64,000 nucleotides of DNA, taken from the IMG/VR virus record IMGVR_UViG_3300027896_000010, positions 1 to 64,000 of that record. The stretch is one strand, 5' to 3'. Each line of letters begins with the position of its first letter. Within the stretch, counting starts at the first letter, position 1. The translations under genes were made by a program, and so were the position numbers. The notes under the pieces are model-generated. The model worked only from the letters and a program-made list of their open reading frames with translations. It was not told the origin of the DNA and searched no databases. Below are positions 1 to 8,600 of this stretch, in pieces. This DNA is from a virus.

Positions 1-127
1 AGTTGCACCTAGAACCCACATTGAATTGTGAGTGGTATGAAGCCATGTGCAACTCTATCTTATAAGCAAAATACCCGACTTAATTGTCGGGTATTCCTTG
101 CCAATCCTCAGCTAGATTTAAATCAAA

Positions 128-346
128 TTACATTTCTATTCTGGGGATTCCTTCGCCCTGCTCTTCTCGCATAATGGTGAGATACAATACCTTGTCTTTA
201 ACGATGAAGCCTATAACGTTGGCATCTTCTTCGGAATCCAAAATCAAAATCTTGTCGTCGTCTAAGTCACTGTTAAAGCCCCTGCATGTGAATTCTCTTT
301 CGATAATACCTGCGCCTGTAGCAAACCCAACCCTTATCATATACAT
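128..346 (-). CDS. small hypothetical protein
   Basis: 72-aa ORF, AAGGAG upstream, same strand as all neighbours. Confidence 0.5.
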   Translation of the reverse strand: MYMIRVGFATGAGIIEREFTCRGFNSDLDDDKILILDSEEDANVIGFIVKDKVLYLTIMREEQGEGIPRIEM

Positions 347-412
347 CTTTTACTCCTTATCCTATCTAACTTATAATTTCAACCTCGGCCACACCATTAC
401 AGATTAAGCGCG

Positions 413-2746
413 TTATCCTAGGTTGCTTATGTTTGCTATAACCTGCGGGACAGTTATCAGTGGTGTACCTGTGGTCTGCATAAATCCTAGCCCCATGATT
501 AGCCCTGCGGTGGTCGAGGTGAGCGAACCCACAGTACCACTAGGTATTGTTCCTGATGCAACACCAAATCCTGTTGCTGTTGGTGCTTTATTAGATGGAA
601 CTATGCTCCAGTAAATTGCGCCTGTTCCTGCACCAATGGCTGTCCAACTTACCTGAACGGTCATTAACATATTATCTGCAACTGCCGTACTAGTGCCTAT
701 GGACTGAGTTACCAACGCTGTATCCGTTATGGCACCACCAACCCCAAGGTAAATCCTTATGTTGAACGCAGCTGTACCTGCGGCGTTCTTGGTCATGCCC
801 ACCTGCCATGTATATGTTGTGCCAACCCTAATGCCAGAGCCGGGAGTCATAGCCGCAGGGACTTTCAGGTTCGACCCCGCGATGTAATAGTACGTTCCCG
901 CCACCACGGTCTGTGACTGCAAAGTTGTGCTGTTACCATCGTTGCGTGGGGAGCTTGCTATCGGTGTTGTCGCGTCCCCATAACCTGCTGTAAAGGTCGT
1001 TTTGATTCCAACGCAACCGGGAGCGATAACGGGATTCAGGTTTGCGTATGCCGTCCCACTTATGTTACATATCTGCGTCATAACGCGAGAGCCTTGAACG
1101 AGGCACCACGTCCCGTACAGTGCCAGAACCCCGCCCGACTGTTGTATGAAACCTGTGCTTGTGGTGGAGGATATTATGTCACTCTGCATGGCTCCACCAT
1201 AGATAGCCAACGCGCCCGCACTCATAGTTATATAAGTATCAGTCCCTCCCCCCGCATTCTCGAATCGACAACCGAGCATGGTCACTCTCGCGGTCTGGTG
1301 GGAAATGTTCACCCCCGTCACCGAGTTGTCATCGAAGGCTACCATAGACAACTGAATCTCTCCGGCAGTTACACAAGCCATTCCAGTCGCACAGTTTCCT
1401 ATAAGACCACCAATTATCATAATGTTTTCGTTCGTCGGGTTTATCCCTGTGGTGCAATACTGAATCTTGCAGTTTATTAACATCTGAGCGTAAGCATAAC
1501 CGCCCGTTTTCCAATCCATCCCCTTACCGAACAGGTCAACCGAAACGTTCTTACAATATGAACCTGCAATTCCTACCACTGGACCGTCACAACCCCAATA
1601 AATACCTATGGTTGCGTTCGACGCTGATGTTCCTAACAATGAGAAGTCTTCAAGCGTTATCCCTCCGTGATTGCCGCTGCCACCTCCAACCGAGATAGCC
1701 GTCCCTGTTGACGCGCTGTAATAAAGCCTTGTCCCTGCGTTGCCGTCACCAGAGCCACGCAAGATAACACTGAAACCTACAGTTGCCATAACAATGGGTG
1801 TACTGAAAGAATAATTCCCCGGAGCTACCTCAATGACGCCGCCATAGTTCGCCGTGTAAGTTGCCACTAAATATGCATAAGCAGAATTTACCCATGCCCC
1901 GAAGTCAGCTCCCGCCCAACCCTGACTGTTGGCTGTGTCTATGTAGACCCTACCCTCGAAGTCTTTTGGTTTCCACGAAGCGGTGTTCATAAGAGTCATA
2001 AGGTTGGCTTGAGTCATGTCCGAAGGAGCGGCGGCACCACCAGAGATGTTTCCCTTGACGGTGTTATTCGCCATGTTCGCCATCTTCGCGTTCGTTACGG
2101 TACTAGCACCGATAGCTGTAGTTCCTGAACCAGCAGTTGCGGCTACATCTCCAGTTAAAGCTGAACGCTGTATGCCACCACCGCCAGTAAATTCCAGCCC
2201 ACCACCAATACTTATAACTTCTGGCGCACCAGAACCAGCGGAGTCTCTTCCAAGAACTGAATCTGTTGCCATGTTTGCCATTTTAGCCAACGTAACTGCA
2301 CTGTTGGCTATTGTAGTTGCTACTGAGTTACCTGTACCAACTCCTGTAACATCTCCAGTAAGTGTTATGTTAACTGAACTTAGTATCACTCCAGCATTGC
2401 TGTAAACAGTAACTACACCATCAGCGTACAAAGCAGTTCCATTAGCGGGGATAGTAATAGTTCCAGTTAACTGATTAGCAGCAAGTAATCCTTTGGCAAA
2501 TATCTTAATTCCAGTAATATCGCCAGCCGTAGCGTTAGCCAAAAAGACTGCCTTAATAAACGTAGGGCCATTAGCTGTAGCTGTGTAAATTGTAGCCGCA
2601 GCAGCCGCCAACTGTCCTTGCGCCAAAACCTTGTAAGTTTCTGCACTTGTAGCACTGTTTAATTCCAAACCAAAAATACTGTATGTTACAGACGTTGCTG
2701 CACTTGCTACCCCAGCTAATGTTTGACTTGCTTCTAACGTTATCAT
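413..2746 (-). CDS. tail fibre/tailspike-like virion protein with probable beta-helix domain
   Basis: 777 aa, Gly/Ala/Thr rich; repeated LTGDV(T/A)G and VT(L/N)AKMANMA fibre-type segments, central pectin-lyase-like beta-helix pattern. Confidence 0.6.
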   Translation of the reverse strand: MITLEASQTLAGVASAATSVTYSIFGLELNSATSAETYKVLAQGQLAAAAATIYTATANGPTFIKAVFLANATAGDITGIKIFAKGLLAANQLTGTITIPANGTALYADGVVTVYSNAGVILSSVNITLTGDVTGVGTGNSVATTIANSAVTLAKMANMATDSVLGRDSAGSGAPEVISIGGGLEFTGGGGIQRSALTGDVAATAGSGTTAIGASTVTNAKMANMANNTVKGNISGGAAAPSDMTQANLMTLMNTASWKPKDFEGRVYIDTANSQGWAGADFGAWVNSAYAYLVATYTANYGGVIEVAPGNYSFSTPIVMATVGFSVILRGSGDGNAGTRLYYSASTGTAISVGGGSGNHGGITLEDFSLLGTSASNATIGIYWGCDGPVVGIAGSYCKNVSVDLFGKGMDWKTGGYAYAQMLINCKIQYCTTGINPTNENIMIIGGLIGNCATGMACVTAGEIQLSMVAFDDNSVTGVNISHQTARVTMLGCRFENAGGGTDTYITMSAGALAIYGGAMQSDIISSTTSTGFIQQSGGVLALYGTWCLVQGSRVMTQICNISGTAYANLNPVIAPGCVGIKTTFTAGYGDATTPIASSPRNDGNSTTLQSQTVVAGTYYYIAGSNLKVPAAMTPGSGIRVGTTYTWQVGMTKNAAGTAAFNIRIYLGVGGAITDTALVTQSIGTSTAVADNMLMTVQVSWTAIGAGTGAIYWSIVPSNKAPTATGFGVASGTIPSGTVGSLTSTTAGLIMGLGFMQTTGTPLITVPQVIANISNLG

Positions 2747-2761
2747 TTTACTTATTCCCTC

Positions 2762-3106
2762 CTAAGCCATAAAAAACACGTAAGGCTTGCCAGCCCCACT
2801 AGACGAAACGGTATCCCACATCGGGTTGGCGGCATGACCCTGACTCTTTAAATATTGACCAGACGTACCGTGGACAAGCCTGTCCCATGTAGTACCACCA
2901 TAGTAAAGAACGTCTCCTTGCTCTGGAGTCGCAGGAAGAGCTATGTACTGACTATTCACATGCTCAGACCATGCACCAGACACCTTAACATAAAGCTTCA
3001 AAGTATCTGTCTCGAAAAAAACAGCACCGTCTGGTATAGTAGTCGTGGGTTTGGTGTCTCCAGAAGTTCCAGTTATTCTATTCCCAGCGTAATATACTAA
3101 TGCCAT
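2762..3106 (-). CDS. putative virion structural (tail fibre-associated) protein
   Basis: KPTTTIPDGAVFFETDTLKLY and GQYLKSQG..NPMW motifs typical of tail fibre segments. Confidence 0.5.
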   Translation of the reverse strand: MALVYYAGNRITGTSGDTKPTTTIPDGAVFFETDTLKLYVKVSGAWSEHVNSQYIALPATPEQGDVLYYGGTTWDRLVHGTSGQYLKSQGHAANPMWDTVSSSGAGKPYVFFMA

Positions 3107-3120
3107 TTATCCACCTCTGC

Positions 3121-3414
3121 TTAAACTAGCCAACTGAAAATTATGAATTCTACACCAGACTCGTTCATGTACTTCAAAGCTACCGTTCTGCTCGGCGTAA
3201 CTCCAGATGCAGTGATGTAAAGCGAACCAAAATCTGTCGTTACTGTCCCGGGAGCCGTAGCCGCTTTAAACAACTCTCTTCCTAAAGAATCTACCGAATG
3301 AACTAATGTATCGCTTGAATCTTGTATACTATGTTTATAAACACCTAGGGCATCTCCAACCTTCTCATATATGTTCTTGCCACTAACTATCCTGATGCCA
3401 GCAATTGTAGTCAT
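3121..3414 (-). CDS. putative virion protein; stand-alone paralog of the C-terminal domain of 3424-4545
   Basis: aligns by eye with the last ~95 aa of the adjacent gene (GIRIVSGKNIYEK / GVRIISAKHIYEK; KAATAP). Confidence 0.6.
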   Translation of the reverse strand: MTTIAGIRIVSGKNIYEKVGDALGVYKHSIQDSSDTLVHSVDSLGRELFKAATAPGTVTTDFGSLYITASGVTPSRTVALKYMNESGVEFIIFSWLV

Positions 3415-3423
3415 TGCTTTCTC

Positions 3424-4545
3424 CTATACAAACTGACTTGCTATGATTACAGTTATCCCAGCTTCATTTACGAACTTAATTCCAACTTCTTTAGTAGGTG
3501 TAGCTCCAGTCGAATACTCATACAACACACCTGTATCAGCACTCGGAGTACTTGGTGCCGTAGCGGCTTTCATTAGTTGCTTTCCAGTGTTATCAACAGA
3601 GTAAACTTCTGCGTCACTTGAATTTTGTACAACCCACTTTGTTGTACCTGTGGCACCAAGCTTTTCGTATATATGTTTCGCACTTATTATTCTTACTCCC
3701 TGAAGTGTGGATGCTGACGCATAGGCGTAACTGTCACCACCCCATATGTCAGCCCCCGTAAATGTACCAAGCAAAGCTCCACCATCAGTCTGATATACCT
3801 TGACCTTGCCGTTGAAAGGAAACTCCAAGGTAGGTACAGCTACAACTACACTTGCCCCGGCAGAAGTAGCGTCTGCCTTTACTACGTCAGCGGCATCCGT
3901 AACGTCAACATGATAAAGGTTGGACAGTCCCGTTACCGTTATATTCGCTCCACCTGTAAAACCCTGCAAATAGTCATACTTCAAATGACCAGTTCCTGAC
4001 AATGTACCAAACATCAACCATGCCGAATTAGTAAAAGCATAACCTGTTTTAGAAGCAGTACCAATGAGAGCCATTGTTGATGAGTTGTAATAAGTAAATA
4101 CCAACACCTTGCTGGTGTCCTGAAACTCTTGTTCATAAATGTAGTATGTTGCTACTGTTGGTTGCAGGTTATTATAGATGAATGAACCAGCATAAATACC
4201 CCAATGGTATGGGTGTTGAACACCAGCAAGCCAAGTCCCCTTGCCCTGCATATAGTCAGCAGGAGCAGTAGGTTGCGTGGCTTTATCTTCAATATGACCC
4301 CCAAGTTGCACATATTCATCTCCACCAGTGTGTACTACTTGGGCCTTACTTCGTAGAGTAAGTTTCCCGCCACCAGTGGGCAGAGTAAGTGGACTGGCCG
4401 TAACTACGCCTATAGCCAACCCATCAGTTATCATTTCGCCGCCAGAGAAAGAAGGTGAATTTATCTTAGTGAAGAATGCCGATATGTCTCCACTTACAAA
4501 ATCCTCATGGAATACTTTGCCTGTTGATGTTAGTGTTACTGGCAT
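3424..4545 (-). CDS. putative virion structural protein, lectin-like beta-sandwich plus accessory domains
   Basis: 373 aa, beta-rich, Thr/Gly rich; shares IWGGD module with 32608-34500. Confidence 0.55.
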   Translation of the reverse strand: MPVTLTSTGKVFHEDFVSGDISAFFTKINSPSFSGGEMITDGLAIGVVTASPLTLPTGGGKLTLRSKAQVVHTGGDEYVQLGGHIEDKATQPTAPADYMQGKGTWLAGVQHPYHWGIYAGSFIYNNLQPTVATYYIYEQEFQDTSKVLVFTYYNSSTMALIGTASKTGYAFTNSAWLMFGTLSGTGHLKYDYLQGFTGGANITVTGLSNLYHVDVTDAADVVKADATSAGASVVVAVPTLEFPFNGKVKVYQTDGGALLGTFTGADIWGGDSYAYASASTLQGVRIISAKHIYEKLGATGTTKWVVQNSSDAEVYSVDNTGKQLMKAATAPSTPSADTGVLYEYSTGATPTKEVGIKFVNEAGITVIIASQFV

Positions 4546-4560
4546 TTATGTCTCCTGTAC

Positions 4561-5202
4561 TTATACCCAATACATTTCAATTGTGTAACCAGTATCTAAA
4601 GTAACTCTTGTGGTTGTAGTTGCTGAGGCGTCATCCCACTTGAGTACCTTCGTAGTATCAATACTAATATCATCAGTAAACTTCTTTGCTCCACCAACTG
4701 TTTGGGCAGTTGTCTTATCGACCAGCCCTGCCGTGTCGGGAGTACCTGCAGATATTACGCTTGTGTCAGAAGCATAAAGAACATATCCAGAAGTTATCGC
4801 ATCTGGGAAGGTCAAAGTGCTCGCCGCAAAGTTCGTGCCATCTGACCTCAGTAATTTGCCAATAGTAGCACTTGCATTAGGATACGTAGGAGTCGAATAA
4901 ATTATGTTAGTACCATCTGCTATCAAAACCTGACCAGCAGTTCCAGAAGCACTTGGATAAGTTGGGGTAGACTCGCCGTAAGACGTTCCGTTACCAATCA
5001 GTACCTTGCCAGAGGAAGCTGTAGTCGCATACAAGCCAAGTCTGGTCTTAACGTCAGTCGAACCCCCCTTGGGAGTTGTGCCAAGCTCTGTCTCAATAGC
5101 AGTTATCTCGGCTTGCATATCATTGACATGAGCCGCAAAGACAGTATCGACATGGTCAGTCTTTGTTGTGAATGATTTTATTCCAGCAGGATACGTTGTC
5201 AT
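4561..5202 (-). CDS. putative tail fibre/baseplate-associated protein
   Basis: N-terminal FTTKTD..AAHVNDMQAEITAIETELG head-binding-type motif; repeated TPTYP and G(K/Q)VLI segments. Confidence 0.55.
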   Translation of the reverse strand: MTTYPAGIKSFTTKTDHVDTVFAAHVNDMQAEITAIETELGTTPKGGSTDVKTRLGLYATTASSGKVLIGNGTSYGESTPTYPSASGTAGQVLIADGTNIIYSTPTYPNASATIGKLLRSDGTNFAASTLTFPDAITSGYVLYASDTSVISAGTPDTAGLVDKTTAQTVGGAKKFTDDISIDTTKVLKWDDASATTTTRVTLDTGYTIEMYWV

Positions 5203-5203
5203 A

Positions 5204-5461
5204 TTATTCCTCCGTTACCTCCAGAATACCAAACATATCTTTTAATACTATGATATCTATCTCTAAACCATCCAGTTCGATATTGAATGCACTCTTCTCG
5301 TTAAAGTGCATGTCTGCCGTTGTATCAACTATCTCTCGCAAATATGTAGCCCTCTCTTCTAAGTCCTCTAGCAAAAACGTCAAGGGGTCAACCATCGTTC
5401 GCTTTTTCGGCTTAGTAGCTACTGTCATTTTTCCTCCCTTTACAGCAAGAGTCACTACCAA
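5204..5461 (-). CDS. hypothetical protein
   Basis: 85-aa ORF; true start probably the internal ATG after GGAGG (MTVATK). Confidence 0.5.
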   Translation of the reverse strand: MVVTLAVKGGKMTVATKPKKRTMVDPLTFLLEDLEERATYLREIVDTTADMHFNEKSAFNIELDGLEIDIIVLKDMFGILEVTEE

Positions 5462-5670
5462 TCTTCCATTTCATCAAGCTCATCTACATCCATATTCTTA
5501 TACTGCCTAAGCTTAGTGTTTACATCCTGCCGTCCAGCATCGCTTATATCTCGTTGCCTGACGGTGGGCTTTGGCATCTCCTTTCTTATTCCCTTATATA
5601 TCTCTCTCTGTGACATGCCCTTATTCTTGGGCTTCCGCTTTTTAGCTTGCGGTCTCCTTTCGTTCATCAT
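5455..5670 (-). CDS. small basic hypothetical protein
   Basis: 71-aa ORF overlapping the downstream gene. Confidence 0.5.
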   Translation of the reverse strand: MMNERRPQAKKRKPKNKGMSQREIYKGIRKEMPKPTVRQRDISDAGRQDVNTKLRQYKNMDVDELDEMEDW

Positions 5671-5675
5671 AGGGA

Positions 5676-8600
5676 TTATACCGTGTATCTACCCTCCTGT
5701 GTATCCATGTACCGCTGGTCTAGCTGATACGGCGCTCTGTAAGGCCCCTTGCCGGGGTCAGCAGGTTTCATCTGCTTCTTCCTCAGCATCTCTATCATCT
5801 CATAAGTCCTGATATCTTCCTTGCTGATATTGGGCTTTACCTTGCTTGAATCTTCTTCGATAGGATAGTTAGGTTCTGGCTGGTATGATTGCCATGAAAG
5901 AGGCTGTATGTGCTGAGCCTGTCCCATCAATTCATCCAGTTGCTCGAATATAGGGCCTGTCGCTTCATTGTATTGTTCCATAGACCAATGCTCCGCATCA
6001 GACTTCTGATTGATAAGCTTTAGCTGATTGAACAACTCTTGCTGGGCGTCTGAAATCTTCTGCTCCATATCAAAATGCTCGTGTATCTTTTGTTGCTCTT
6101 CTGGCGAAGGAGTCACCCCATATTCTGCTATAGCTCTCTGGCTAGTCGCCTTTCGATATCTATGCTCAGTCCAGTCTACCAACTGCTCGACTTCAGGCTT
6201 ACTGATGTGCATCTCTTCTGCAATCTCATCGAATGATTTCATGCGTTGCAGAAGACTTAGCATCTGCTCCTGTTGCTCCTGAGCCTCTTCGTCTGTCTCG
6301 AAATATGCTATCTGTCTTTGACTAGCCAAAGTATCCTCCCTGCTTGCCGCTTTCTCTCTGTTACGGAGCATCTCCCATGCTTTTGGATAACTATCCGCAC
6401 CAAGGTCAAAACCAAGACCACCAACATCTATGACTTCATCTACAAAGCGCCAAGGAATAATCCCCTTGGCATAGCCATCGAATTCAAAGAAATCCCAGCC
6501 CTTGCTTCTTTCCTGTTCTACTATCTCTTCATCAGTCAAAGCTTCGTTTGTTTCAGCATCAAAATTAAGTGGATTCATGCGTTTGATATCAAGCCGTTTC
6601 TGGACTTCCTTCTGCACAGGCTCATGTTCGTAAGTATGTCCTCCCGGCTGGTCATAGTCTTCCATATAATCGTGCAACCACTTCTTAGGCATTTCCAGTT
6701 TTAACACTACTGGGTGTCCCTCTGCTGGTGGTATCTCGCCCCTGTATCCTTTGTTGTGCCAAAGTTCTTCGTGTGAGTCTTCGCCCTCTTGCTCCAGTAA
6801 CCAAGCTCTGACCCTGTAACGAATTAGACCCCCTACTTCACCACCACCCTGAGCATAAGCGGATGCCTTAGCAAAATCAGAAGTGAGATAGATTTTCCAG
6901 TCAAGCACCTGTCCCACGCCTTGTAAATATTTGCTTCGATATTCTATATCATTCTTATAAATATCCGCTGGGACATCGGCTCTAGTCAGCCCAAATTCCT
7001 TAAGCACATCATCAATCTGCTTATCTATCGGGACTGCCCTGATACCCTTGCTCTTCATGTCAGGAATAAAACTCGACCATGTGCCATGGTACATAGTGAT
7101 GGTGGCTTCCTTCTCTGGAGGAGCCTTCCAGTATTCAACTGCCAATGCTCGTTGACCCCAAAGCTGGCCCATCCCCGGCAGTTGACCCCCAAGGGGCTTC
7201 TCGTCCTTAATCAAATCCCACAGGGCGTTAGCCGCCTCATCTTTGGTGGCACAGGCTTTAGGCTCGCCTAACAATTTCCTGTCCCAAGGCAAACCCTCAA
7301 GCTCATTACAAATCCAGCCATCTTGAGTCTCTGTGAACTTGCCAATCATATAGTTACCACCTATCAGAACTTGGTCTGACTTGCTAGCGAACTTCTCGAA
7401 GATGGCGTTCTCAAGCATAGGATATACGCCCTTCTGACCAGATACCAATTGCCCAAGACTATCAGCCATCATCTCACTGAAAGACTTCTGTGTCAGATGC
7501 CCATTTTCTATCTGCTCCCGCAATGACTTATCGAGGTAATACACATATCCATGCCCCCGATAATACTTACCTTTGTCATACGGACGAAGATGTTTCTTGA
7601 CAGTCTCTTCGTAGTCTTCATAAGACTGCAAATTCCTGTCAGCATTCATAGTCCTTAACTGCCACGCAAAGTTCTCAGCCTCTTTGCTGTTATGCTCAAA
7701 TGCATGCCAGCACTCATGCCCCATTATGCTTAGCAGTTCTGGCACTGACAGGTCTCTTACGTTATCAGACAAGTAATAATTGTTGATATACATGATGTTC
7801 TTGGATGGGCTATACCAAGCCGCTCTCTGCAAGGTCTTGCCACCCTGCCGAAATGGAACATTCTTAATAGCTGTATATATCTGGTTAGGCAACCGCTTCA
7901 GAACTTCTTCCTTCAGTCGCTTCAGCTTGTCTCTGCGATAAGCACTCTCTTGTTTCTTCCACTCATGCACCTTTAAATTATACGCATCTCTCTGGTCGGA
8001 GATGGTTGGATAGTCACGCGTATTCTTCTCAAAATCCTGCAACCGTGGTGGCTGTGGTCTGCCCCCTATAAACTCAGGAGCAAGCTCTTCAACCGTACGA
8101 TATTCTTGCATCGGTTCTGGTGGAACTTCTGCTATCACTCTACGAAACTCTGCCCATTCCCCACTGGGTAGCTGAATCTCATGAAGGAACATCTCGTCCC
8201 ATCTCTTCTTCATAGTCCTTAGCGCATCTTTGCCTTCAGAGGTCAATTCGAAATCATCTTTATCTTTGATATCAAACCATCCAGACATATACCCGCGCTT
8301 TAGCGATTCCATCTTGCTGGGATTAATGCCCTGCTTCTTCATAAGATTCTCGATAGCATCAGGGTCGAAATCCATATCCATCATATTCTGCCATGTGACC
8401 CCGAAGAATGTTTGTAGATTATCTGCCCAAGTACTAAGCGTGGCATCATAGAACCACATTCCCTTATCTTTATTGTTCTCCCAATTCTCAATGTGTGTAT
8501 CGGGCTTATCTTGCAGAGAATATTCCAGTATCCCTATCTCGCCTTCAGGTATCTGCCCAAGCGCCTTAACATCTATATGGACGAGAACCGGATTGATAAC

